From positions 3,434 to 67,433 of the forward strand of contig VXMH01000094.1 of NCBI GenBank assembly GCA_009841235.1: 64,000 nucleotides of DNA, given 5' to 3'. The notes below the pieces were generated by a model. The model was not told where the DNA came from, searched no databases, and saw only the letters and a list, made by a program, of their open reading frames with translations. The position numbers and the translations under genes were made by a program. This DNA is from Caldilineaceae bacterium SB0661_bin_32. GTDB taxonomy: Bacteria; Chloroflexota; Anaerolineae; Caldilineales; Caldilineaceae. Each line of letters starts with the position of its first letter. Position 1 is the first letter of the stretch. Shown here piece by piece: positions 18,658-27,249 of the stretch.

Positions 18658-19566
18658 GTGCTGAAACAACCCACTGTCCCCGACGAGCTTGTCTCGCGTC
18701 CAATCCAGACCGAAAAGCGTTCCTGGCGCAGACTTAGGGAAAAGATCGGCGGCAACATCACATTGCTGCTGCTCCTTTTTTGGGCTCTCGTCTCATGGTT
18801 TCCCCTCTACTGGATGGTGCTGACCAGCTTCAAGAAAGGCCAGCAGGCACAGGCGCTGCCCCCCGGCCTGTGGTTGAAGGAGCCCACCCTGGAGTCCTAT
18901 CAACACGTGCTGAGTTCGACTTTCCCGGTGCTGCGCTGGTTGGCCAATAGCCTCTTCGTCTCCGTCACGGTTACGGTCTTGGGGCTGCTGTTGTGCGCGG
19001 CTGCCGGATATGCTTTTGCGCGCAAGCGCTTTCGGGGACGTGACATCATCTTCTGGATGGTGCTGAGCACGATGATGCTGCCGGGTTTCTCCAGGCTGAT
19101 CCCGGCCTTTATGCTGACGCTGCTGCTCAACCTGCATGACACCTACTGGGTCATGATCCTGCCCGGGCTGGCATCACCCTATGCGGTCTTCCTCATCCGC
19201 CAGTTCATGTTGACGCTGCCGTCCGAGCTGTTCGACCAGGCGCGCATCGACGGCGCCGGCGAAATCCGCCTCTGGTGGCAGATCGCGCTGCCGCTGACCA
19301 AACCGGCGCTGGCGGCATTGGGCACTTTCACCTTCGTGGCAACGTGGAACGACTTCGTGTGGCCCCTGGCCGTGATCAACGACCTTAAACTGATGCCCAT
19401 CCAGGTCGGCGTGACCCTGCTGCGCGGCATGGAGCGCACGGGGCGGAACGATTACCCGATCGCCATGGCCTCCGGCGTGCTGATGGCCGTGCCGCCGGTT
19501 ATCATCTTCTTCCTGTTCCAACAGTACTTTATTCGCGGCCTGACCATCGGCGCGTTGAAGGGCTAG
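18658..19566 (+). CDS. Carbohydrate ABC transporter permease (MalG-type)
   Basis: GTG 18658 follows AAAGGAG. EAA loop LFDQARIDGAGEIRLWWQIALPLTKP and C-terminal GALKG. The upstream part of ORF 18355.. overlaps the preceding gene and is rejected. Confidence 0.9.
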   Translation: MLKQPTVPDELVSRPIQTEKRSWRRLREKIGGNITLLLLLFWALVSWFPLYWMVLTSFKKGQQAQALPPGLWLKEPTLESYQHVLSSTFPVLRWLANSLFVSVTVTVLGLLLCAAAGYAFARKRFRGRDIIFWMVLSTMMLPGFSRLIPAFMLTLLLNLHDTYWVMILPGLASPYAVFLIRQFMLTLPSELFDQARIDGAGEIRLWWQIALPLTKPALAALGTFTFVATWNDFVWPLAVINDLKLMPIQVGVTLLRGMERTGRNDYPIAMASGVLMAVPPVIIFFLFQQYFIRGLTIGALKG

Positions 19567-19692
19567 TGGATACCGGCGCGACTACCCCTCACAGAACTGT
19601 CGCTGTGCCAGGCTGAACCCCAATCAAGTCACTCTCATAGTCGTCAGCGGATGCAGCCCCAAGCGTCGGCTCGGCCCTGTCCCGCACAAACT

Positions 19693-19730
19693 GACTACGT
19701 CTTACAGCTTGATGCGGTCCTGTGTCAAGA
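19693..19730 (-). pseudogene. Relic of a MalG-type permease 3' end (last ~9 codons plus downstream bases)
   Basis: 19702-19730 matches 33241-33269 (the 3' end of permease 33241..34074) at 25 of 29 positions. It reads LTQDRIKL* versus LTQGGIKL*, and it overlaps the stop codon of the dehydrogenase gene. Confidence 0.35.
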
Positions 19731-20735
19731 CTTCCACTCGATCAACACGCCGAGGAAACTATTCGGGCGCTCAACGAGCATCTCGTATGTCTCTCCAACT
19801 TCGTCTGGCCGAATGCGGTGGCTGATCAGCCCCTCGCTCAGCAGCGAGCCGTCCGCGAACAGTTGCAATACCAGATCAAGGTTGCGCTCCCGCGTCCACG
19901 GATCCTGCGTCGTGTGTGCATGCCCGGACACGCGGGCATGCGCGCCGATCAGCGAGACGCCTTTGTGGTGAACAGCCTTGTAGAGATCGATTTCGGCCGA
20001 CCCGCGGGGGCTGCCCAGCAGCACCACGCGCCCGCCGTCGCCTGCCAGGTCCAGGGCCTGCGGTACGACATGGGGATTGCCGGTCGCTTCGACCACGACC
20101 TCCGCCATGTGTCCACCGGTGATGTCGTCCACTGTCTGCCTGACGTCCGACTGCTCCGGATTGAGAGCATGGACACCACTGGCGCCTGCGATCCGCACAC
20201 GATTGGGAAGGAGATCAACCCCGATCACGGGCCGCGCGCCGGACAGGCGAGAAAGCTGCGCCGCAAACTGGCCGATCAGCCCCAGACCCAAGACGATCAC
20301 CGTTTCGCCCAAAGCAACTTTGCCCTGACGCACGCCCACCGCGCTGATACCACCCATCACAGCCAGTGCGCCCTGTTCCAGCGTAACGTCCGGCGGCAAA
20401 CGCCACATTTTGGTGGTGCGTACATCACACAGGGCCCAGTCGCCATGCGATGCGTAGACCACCACACGGTCGCCTTCTGCCCATTCTGTCACCTCGCGGC
20501 CGACCGCCTGCACGGCGCCTGCCAGGGCGTAGCCCATGTCGATGGGGAACTGCGGCGGGTCCGGCCCTGAAAAGCCGCTGTGTGAGCCGCTGTACATCGC
20601 GAGCTCTGTACCCGCGCTGATGAGGGAGCAGGCCGACTTGACGACAACCTCATGCGGGGCGGGCGCCTCTGGGATTTCGAAGGATTCCCATTCAATCTGG
20701 CGAACCGCCGTACAGACCAGGCGTCTGGCTTGCAT
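19725..20735 (-). CDS. MDR-family (zinc-type) alcohol/polyol dehydrogenase
   Basis: ATG 20735 follows AAGAGGAAG. Has a GroES-like N-terminus and a Rossmann motif VIVLGLGLIGQFAAQL. Confidence 0.8.
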   Translation of the reverse strand: MQARRLVCTAVRQIEWESFEIPEAPAPHEVVVKSACSLISAGTELAMYSGSHSGFSGPDPPQFPIDMGYALAGAVQAVGREVTEWAEGDRVVVYASHGDWALCDVRTTKMWRLPPDVTLEQGALAVMGGISAVGVRQGKVALGETVIVLGLGLIGQFAAQLSRLSGARPVIGVDLLPNRVRIAGASGVHALNPEQSDVRQTVDDITGGHMAEVVVEATGNPHVVPQALDLAGDGGRVVLLGSPRGSAEIDLYKAVHHKGVSLIGAHARVSGHAHTTQDPWTRERNLDLVLQLFADGSLLSEGLISHRIRPDEVGETYEMLVERPNSFLGVLIEWKS

Positions 20736-20782
20736 CCTGTTCTTCCTCTTGAGCTGCTGTCCGGTCGCCTGCGCTTCGTTCC

Positions 20783-22726
20783 TCATTCTGTTTTGCCATC
20801 CATCCATGTACGCATCGACGATCTGCTGTCACGATTTGCCCATGCATAGTAGGGAATGAAGATCAGGCCGACGTCCGGTTGGTCGTATGATCCGCCGTCT
20901 CCTTGTAGAGCAACAACCCCGCCGAGAAGATCCTTCCGGAAATCTGCTCCGAATTCGTTCAGCAATGCTGACTGCCGGTAGTGCCCCAAAAGCTCGCGGC
21001 CGTCATCCCTCCCGTTCCCCGGCGGCAACGTAACGTACGGGCCCCACATATCAATGGCGGGATTATCGGTACTCTCCACGCAATACACAAGCGGGCCGCG
21101 GCACAGCGCCACCTTGCCTTCAAAGTACCTGGCGCGCGGGTCGGCAGTCATGGCAACAACAGGCATCGGCAGCTGCAGTGTGACACTGTCACCTTTGCGC
21201 CATTCTCTGGTGATGCGGCAGTAGGTTCCGGACGCGATGTTGCCTTCGACTGGTCGTCCATTCACCTGCACGGTTGGATTGCGGCACCATTCAGGTATTC
21301 TCAGGTTCAGATCAAGAGTGGAAGGCCGTTCGGGATCGAGGGTGATGGTTACGTTGCCGTCCCATGGATAGGACGCGTCCTGAGCAAGGCACAGTTTGGT
21401 CCCGTCATCCAGGCGCCAGTCCATCGTACAACTGTCATACAGGTGGACCCACACGCCATCCTGTGAAGTGCTGAACACGTATCCTGGCAATGACGCGATC
21501 GTGCGCAGCGCGTTGGGTGAGCAGCAGCTGGTGGAAGCTGATGACCAGGGAGTGCGCTGCCAGTGGTTGCCGTCTGATGAGAGGGGACACATATAATGGA
21601 ACTTTCCGCCGTCGGCAGATACGTGCACCAGGAAGCCGTTGTACAGCGTCCTTTCCATCAGGTCGGCGTAACAGGCATCGCCCGTCACGGCCAGCATGCG
21701 CCAGTTCCAGGCCGCGTTTCCAACTGCTTCACACGTCTCCAAACCTGTGCCCAGCAGGAACCTGAAAACACCCGCATGCAGTTCGAAGGCCTCCTTGCAT
21801 GTCAGTTCGCAGTTTTCAGAGTCCACGGCCAGTTGGCCGGTGAGATGCAGCTTGCCGGCTGTCATGTCACGCCAGATGGCAGTGAGCTTGTCCATGAATA
21901 CCTGATCGCCTGTCTCTGCATGGTAGTCGGCGCCGCCGCACATGAGGTATGTCTGACGTACAACGTGCCTGCTCAAATAGCCGAGGAAATCGGAACCGAT
22001 GATTGGGGGCTGTCTCAGCAGGGGAGTGAGGAAATGCCTGGCGCCGGCGAGATACCTCTCTTTGCCCGTAGTGCGGTAGAGTTCGACCAATGCCATTTCG
22101 ATGACGCTGTGCCCGGCAAAGTTCTCCCCTCGAAACTGCTGGCAGATTGCGTCGGCAACACGCTGTGCACACGCCAGAAATTCGGTCGATCCAGTTGCGC
22201 GGTAGTGTGCAATGGCAGCCTGGATCATATGTCCCGGGTTGCCCAGTCCGTACGATCTTTCGAAATCGTCGCCATAGTAGACAGCCCAGAACTCGTTGTC
22301 CTGATGCGCATTGGCAACCCCGGTCACAAACAGGTCGAGCAGGGCGCGCGTGTCAGGATCGTCTCCGGACTGTAGGACATATGCGCAAGCTTCCAGCCAC
22401 TTATGGAAGTTCGCGCGCCAGGAATGGCCGTTTCGTGAGCGGTTCATTCCGGTGGGATTGGTCCTGAGCGTTTCCAGGCCGGCCGCGATTCCCGCCTTGT
22501 CGCCCGCCGCGTAGGCCCTGAACGGCGCGGTCTGGTCGTCTACGTCCAGCCAGGCCAGGAACGCCGGGATGCCATTCGTCCGGTTGACATGCATGCGCGT
22601 CTTCCAGAACCCATCGCGCATGGTAACGGCCTGCACCGGGACGGGTTTGAGACGGGCAAAAGGGCTGGCAACGGTGGACACTACGCCGGCCTCCTGCCAA
22701 TGTGGGATATGTCGAGTGTCTGACAT
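20783..22726 (-). CDS. Glycoside hydrolase family 127 (DUF1680, beta-L-arabinofuranosidase-like)
   Basis: 647 aa, RBS GGGAGGA. The N-terminal pattern V.L.dg.f......n..y.l and the overall length are typical of DUF1680/GH127. Confidence 0.8.
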   Translation of the reverse strand: MSDTRHIPHWQEAGVVSTVASPFARLKPVPVQAVTMRDGFWKTRMHVNRTNGIPAFLAWLDVDDQTAPFRAYAAGDKAGIAAGLETLRTNPTGMNRSRNGHSWRANFHKWLEACAYVLQSGDDPDTRALLDLFVTGVANAHQDNEFWAVYYGDDFERSYGLGNPGHMIQAAIAHYRATGSTEFLACAQRVADAICQQFRGENFAGHSVIEMALVELYRTTGKERYLAGARHFLTPLLRQPPIIGSDFLGYLSRHVVRQTYLMCGGADYHAETGDQVFMDKLTAIWRDMTAGKLHLTGQLAVDSENCELTCKEAFELHAGVFRFLLGTGLETCEAVGNAAWNWRMLAVTGDACYADLMERTLYNGFLVHVSADGGKFHYMCPLSSDGNHWQRTPWSSASTSCCSPNALRTIASLPGYVFSTSQDGVWVHLYDSCTMDWRLDDGTKLCLAQDASYPWDGNVTITLDPERPSTLDLNLRIPEWCRNPTVQVNGRPVEGNIASGTYCRITREWRKGDSVTLQLPMPVVAMTADPRARYFEGKVALCRGPLVYCVESTDNPAIDMWGPYVTLPPGNGRDDGRELLGHYRQSALLNEFGADFRKDLLGGVVALQGDGGSYDQPDVGLIFIPYYAWANRDSRSSMRTWMDGKTE

Positions 22727-22809
22727 GCAAACATCCTCCCTGGGAACGTGCGCATCCTGTCAGCACGCGGACGTCTCGCCCGCCCCGACGCGATACGCAA
22801 TTTGGAACC

Positions 22810-24861
22810 TCACTCCATCTGGACTTCCGTCGCACCGGCGGCGAGGAACGGGCCGAGCGTTTCACCCCGCAACAGCTTGTCCAAATCGTCCAGGAACTCC
22901 AGGTAGGTGCCCTGCCAGCCAAAGTGGTCCCAGAACCAGCCGTCATACGGCGACCCCGCCGTGGCCTCGCCCTTCGGAACGTCGGCATAGCGGGCGCGCA
23001 TTGCCACGATCTGCGCCGCCTGCAGCCGCCCCAGTTTGTAGTCCAGGTACAGTTCGAAACAGTCCACAAAGATGCGCACGTCGTTCACGTTGGCTTCAAG
23101 CAGCCCGGCGACGTGGGCAAAGGAAGCCGGGTCAATCTTGCCATCCAGCTGCCGCCACGCCGCCAGCACGCTTTCCATGTGGCTGATGGACGGCCTCTTC
23201 TCGGCCATCAGCTCGTCGGCATAGGCGGCGGTCAGCGGCACGCGGTTGAAGATGAGCTGGTAGCGCGGATCGTTGCGCAGCGCTTCGCCCTCCTCCTCGG
23301 GATAGGCGTCGAGCGGCAACGCCAGCCCGAGGACGTCCTCCCCCGCGCGATCCATCCCCGGATGCAGGTAGTCGGTCCAGATTCGCCACGGTCCGTTGAG
23401 GCGTGTATCCAGGTAGCTGTAGCGCGCAACATAGCTGTGACACTGGGTCAAGCCGCTGCGGCTGAACAGGGCGCCGATGGTGGCGGGATAGGTTGTGCGC
23501 AGGCCGGGGAGGAACGCGCGCGCCTCCTCGCCATACTCCATCGTCAGCCACTCGGACAGGATGTCGTCCGGATCGAGGTAGGGGTTCCAGCACAGCTTGC
23601 CGTAGGCATACCAGTTGGAGAGATTGAGCGGATGGTCTATCTGTTCGGGATGGATCCCCAGATTGGCGTCAAACCCATCACAGTTTTTGTCGGCTGCCTT
23701 GAGGAACTCTTCCTGCCAGCGGTGGGCCATCGAGCAAGGCAGGAAGTTCAGCCCGGCCGTATCGCCCACCAGCGCCAGCTCGAACACGTAGGGGGAACGC
23801 TCGCCCGGTCGATTGCCGATGTGGCGCCAGATCGGATGCGGCGGATAGGGAGGGCGAAAGTCCCAGTACAGGTGGCAGGGCGCGATGCGCACATTGGCTG
23901 GGAGTTCATCCCCCCAGTCCCCGAACAGCTCTGTTTCGGATTTGGCGTAGGCGGCCTGGTCGGTGACCGCAGGCCAGAGCAGCTCTCCGTCGATGGTGGC
24001 CAGCGCCTCGCTGACCAAACGCATGCCGGCCAGAACGCGCTCGCGAACCGGCAGCGCGCGGCAGCGCTCGCAGTCGTCCTCGTGCGGGCCTGGCGCGTTC
24101 TCGCCGGCGCCCCAGACGATGGCATTGCGGACCGACGGCATGGTGTCGGCCAGACGCGCGGCGAAATCGTGCCACTGCGCGCGGACGGCATCGGAAAAGG
24201 GACAGACGTCTTCATAGTTCCCGTTTTCGTCCGGCTCGGCATAGTGGAGGGACAGACCGACCGTTACGCCGAAGCGGTCCAGAAAGCGGGCGAACTGCTC
24301 GACCGACTCAGCGTGGGAAAGCCAGCGTTCGAACTGTGAGCCCCTGGCCGCGTATTGAGCGAACAAACCGAGGCTGTTGACGCGCATGGCCAGCAGCCGC
24401 CGGGCGAGGTCCAGGTACTCCGGGCACTCTACCGGGCGCAGCATCTTTTCGTAGTCCAGGATACTCTTGAAGGGCAGACACCAGACCTTGTTCGAAGGCG
24501 TTTCCCACATCCGCAGCGCGCGCACCGGGAAATGCGGGCCATCGGTCAGCGCTGTGATGGCCTGGTTGCGTCGGGCGCGGTCGATGCACTCCTGCACCCC
24601 ATACAGAACGCCCCGCCCATCGCCGCCGGTGATGCGCAACGTGGTGCCCCCCTCCACCTCGATGCGATAGTGCTCCGGCTTCAAGTCGGTCCCGTCGGTG
24701 TCCAGCCAGGCCGTGACATTCCCTTGATCGGAATGAGTCCCGATGGTTGGCCTTATACCACCCAGCTTTTCGACCCAGCGTGCCAACTCGTCGGCGGCGG
24801 TCCGAACGCGTGGACTGGCATCGCGCGGGAGTCTGATCGCATCGATCACTGGCATCTGCAT
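22810..24861 (-). CDS. Uncharacterised 683-aa glycoside-hydrolase-like protein, paralog A
   Basis: ATG 24861 follows AGGAGG. The N-terminal module with GGDGRGVLYGVQECIDR resembles the GH20b/GH67N-type domain. The C-terminal W-N-P-Y-L-D...EW..MEYG region resembles the alpha-glucuronidase-fold families. Family not assignable by eye. It is a close paralog of 43912..45966. Confidence 0.6.
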   Translation of the reverse strand: MQMPVIDAIRLPRDASPRVRTAADELARWVEKLGGIRPTIGTHSDQGNVTAWLDTDGTDLKPEHYRIEVEGGTTLRITGGDGRGVLYGVQECIDRARRNQAITALTDGPHFPVRALRMWETPSNKVWCLPFKSILDYEKMLRPVECPEYLDLARRLLAMRVNSLGLFAQYAARGSQFERWLSHAESVEQFARFLDRFGVTVGLSLHYAEPDENGNYEDVCPFSDAVRAQWHDFAARLADTMPSVRNAIVWGAGENAPGPHEDDCERCRALPVRERVLAGMRLVSEALATIDGELLWPAVTDQAAYAKSETELFGDWGDELPANVRIAPCHLYWDFRPPYPPHPIWRHIGNRPGERSPYVFELALVGDTAGLNFLPCSMAHRWQEEFLKAADKNCDGFDANLGIHPEQIDHPLNLSNWYAYGKLCWNPYLDPDDILSEWLTMEYGEEARAFLPGLRTTYPATIGALFSRSGLTQCHSYVARYSYLDTRLNGPWRIWTDYLHPGMDRAGEDVLGLALPLDAYPEEEGEALRNDPRYQLIFNRVPLTAAYADELMAEKRPSISHMESVLAAWRQLDGKIDPASFAHVAGLLEANVNDVRIFVDCFELYLDYKLGRLQAAQIVAMRARYADVPKGEATAGSPYDGWFWDHFGWQGTYLEFLDDLDKLLRGETLGPFLAAGATEVQME

Positions 24862-24921
24862 GTCTGTGTTTACCTCCTGCGATTCTCGCTTCAACTCAAG
24901 TGGTCAACCGGTAGGGTTGCA

Positions 24922-25140
24922 TTAAGTGGCTGCGTACGCCCATTGTCCGCATATCATAGTACGCCAGGCACTAAAGTCATCCTCAAAGATCGCTATATCG
25001 GCGTCCTTGTCCGCTTCCAAGCTGCCCTTGCGGTCATCCACGCCGATAACGCGGGCTGGCGTCAGGCTTGCCATACGAATGGCCTCTACCAGTGGAACAC
25101 CCACGGTGTCTATCAGAATAGGTATCATCTGGTTCAACAT
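24922..25140 (-). pseudogene. C-terminal fragment of N-acetylglucosamine-6-phosphate deacetylase (NagA)-like amidohydrolase
   Basis: GVPLVEAIRMASLTPARVIGVDDRKGSLEADKDADIAIFEDDF is the typical NagA C-terminus. Only about 70 of an expected ~380 residues are present, and the upstream sequence is AT-rich non-coding. Confidence 0.6.
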
Positions 25141-25221
25141 TGTGGTGCTGCTCGCAAACGCGGTTTATTGACAAAGTACGACCCTCTACGTTCAATACCC
25201 GGAATTGTCAAACCCAGGGAG

Positions 25222-25249
25222 TTGTACCAAATGCACTTTGGACTATAAT
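25222..25249 (+). promoter_or_regulatory. Candidate promoter for low-GC PhyH gene
   Basis: TTGTAC, 16-nt spacer and TATAAT (25244-25249). An alternative is TTGACA (25168-25173), 17-nt spacer, TTCAAT. Confidence 0.3.
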
Positions 25250-25341
25250 ACTACCTTGTGATTGAGAGATTGCAGCAGAATTCGGCAGAGCAAAAGCCTG
25301 CCGTGCCGGCTTACAGACTGAGGTGAGCTGAGGAAAATATT

Positions 25342-26190
25342 ATGACGCAGGAAGACTATAGCCTTACCGCAGAGCAAATCCAGCTTTTTGAAGTTTTCGG
25401 GTTCCTGGTCCGGAGAAATCTGTTCAGTCCCGAGGAGATGAATAAGATAAACGAAGAATTCGATCGTCGCCTTGCATCCATTCTGGAGGAAACCGGTCCT
25501 GAAGAAAAACCTGTTTTCAACAACTGGGGTAACCGGATCCCGGAAACCCCCTTTATTGCCAGCTTGCTTGAGGACCCGCGTATTTATCTGCCCGCGGAAC
25601 AGCTGATAGATGAAGATTCCGTTCCCGTCCATTCTAACGCCAACAGCTATGAGAACAGTACCGAATGGCATCCGGATTGGAGCGATCCTCATCTATTGGC
25701 AATCAAGAACGTCATGTATCTGCAGCCGACAACCGCTGACCGCGGCGCATTGCGTGTCATTCCCGGGTCGCACAAAAATCCATTACATGAAGAACTTCAT
25801 AGCATTGGATTGCGCAGCACGTTTGGCCCCAAAAAGGCCCGGTTCTTGGAAGAGTCTGGTCTGAGCGGTGAAGATATTCCCTGCTATGTATTCAATTCGA
25901 ATCCGGGTGATGTCATTATCTTCAACCAGTTGACCTGGCATGCTGCCTTCGGCGGCTATAGAGACCGCCGCACCTGCACCTTTAATTTTTATGGCGCCCC
26001 AAGGACACCCGAAGCGGTGGAGTCGATGCGCAAAGTGGTGGAACACATTCCTGAACTCAAGAAGAACTTGGGAACGGTGGGGTTGCAATATCATCCCTGG
26101 TGGCTGGAAAATCCTGAAAATAACCCCAGGCGTGCGCGCTGGATTAGTTGGTTGGAGGAATGGGGTTTCGTGGAAGCTTATAATCACTAA
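25342..26190 (+). CDS. Phytanoyl-CoA dioxygenase (PhyH) family Fe(II)/2OG oxygenase (low-GC copy)
   Basis: HxD in STEWHPDWSD and a distal His in LTWHAAFGG. RBS GAGGAAAA. The line 25441-25500 has 27/60 GC by hand count. Confidence 0.75.
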   Translation: MTQEDYSLTAEQIQLFEVFGFLVRRNLFSPEEMNKINEEFDRRLASILEETGPEEKPVFNNWGNRIPETPFIASLLEDPRIYLPAEQLIDEDSVPVHSNANSYENSTEWHPDWSDPHLLAIKNVMYLQPTTADRGALRVIPGSHKNPLHEELHSIGLRSTFGPKKARFLEESGLSGEDIPCYVFNSNPGDVIIFNQLTWHAAFGGYRDRRTCTFNFYGAPRTPEAVESMRKVVEHIPELKKNLGTVGLQYHPWWLENPENNPRRARWISWLEEWGFVEAYNH

Positions 26191-26207
26191 TGAACCTTCA
26201 CAAGGGT

Positions 26208-27035
26208 CTAGCCTTCCAGGTACTGGAGCACCCCATCCCAATCACAATACGTGCCGCCGACCATCTTTTGGGGCTCCGGGCGCGGTATGTGCATGTCCGA
26301 ACCACCGGTCTTGACCAGTCCGAGGCGATCTGATATCCGTACATATTCGTCCTCTTGGGCCTCGGTGTGCGCGGGATGGAACACCTCGACACCGTCGAGT
26401 CCTTCGTCAGCCAGGGCAGCGATATTCTCTTCGTCGAACGTGAAAACGACGCCCGTGTCGTGGCCGGGATGAGCGACCACGGCAATGCCGCCGGCCTCGT
26501 GAATAGCCGGAATTACCTCCGGTACCGGTGGGTGGAGAACCCGGACGCCGGACTCCTCCCGCAAGGCCATGAACTCTTTTTGATTCGACACAACGCCTTT
26601 TTTCAGCAGCAGCCTATATAATGCTGTCGACTCGGAATGTTCCTGAGCCTTCACCTCGGCGTCGTATTCAGCGATGGTCACCTTTGTGCCTTTCCCCTGC
26701 AGATATTCCAGCAAGGCGACACTGTACCTTCTTCTCACCGACCAGATTTCATCGGCCAGAAAACCTTCCAGAGAAGGAAGCGGACCATCGCGGAAAAAGC
26801 CCAAAACGTGGGCCGGTATCCCGCGCCACGAACTTGTGATCTCGATACCGGGCAAAAAGGTCACGTCGTATATGGTCGAGAGTCGTTGGCCTTCCGCAAT
26901 GCTATCGATGGTGTCGTGGTCGCTGAAGGTCACGGCCGTCAGTCCGCGCGCCATGGCAATGCTGAAGACCTCCTCCGGGTCAAACGATGCGTCGGAGGAC
27001 GCATGAGTATGGACGTGCAGATCTGCTCTTCTCAC
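26208..27035 (-). CDS. PHP-domain metal-dependent phosphoesterase
   Basis: N-terminal ADLHVHTHASSDA, DHDTIDS, and C-terminal GGSDMH motifs are typical of the PHP family. Confidence 0.8.
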   Translation of the reverse strand: MRRADLHVHTHASSDASFDPEEVFSIAMARGLTAVTFSDHDTIDSIAEGQRLSTIYDVTFLPGIEITSSWRGIPAHVLGFFRDGPLPSLEGFLADEIWSVRRRYSVALLEYLQGKGTKVTIAEYDAEVKAQEHSESTALYRLLLKKGVVSNQKEFMALREESGVRVLHPPVPEVIPAIHEAGGIAVVAHPGHDTGVVFTFDEENIAALADEGLDGVEVFHPAHTEAQEDEYVRISDRLGLVKTGGSDMHIPRPEPQKMVGGTYCDWDGVLQYLEG

Positions 27036-27249
27036 GAGGTTAATCTCCTTACCTGCTGTGATTCTACGCGAATTGTGTTGAGCCCGTCGATGACAAAGAG
27101 TTCGCTGAGAGGTAGCCTGCGTCCACCTGGGCTCGGATACGACTTGGGGGCGCGCTCATTGTAGAAAATCTTCTCGTTTCGGTGCTCAGTCGTAGTGGAT
27201 GTGCGGGTCCAGCTAACCTTACCAAAGATCAACGAGCAAACGGGCGAGA

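Noticed and set aside
27032-27232. 66-codon ORF between dppC-like and PHP genes, considered as a pseudogene feature (ATPase relic).
   Set aside because: Similarity to the DppD/OppD C-terminal motif rests on about 6 residues (KIFYNERAPKSY). There is no RBS and no Walker or signature motifs. It is kept only as a remark in a low-interest finding.
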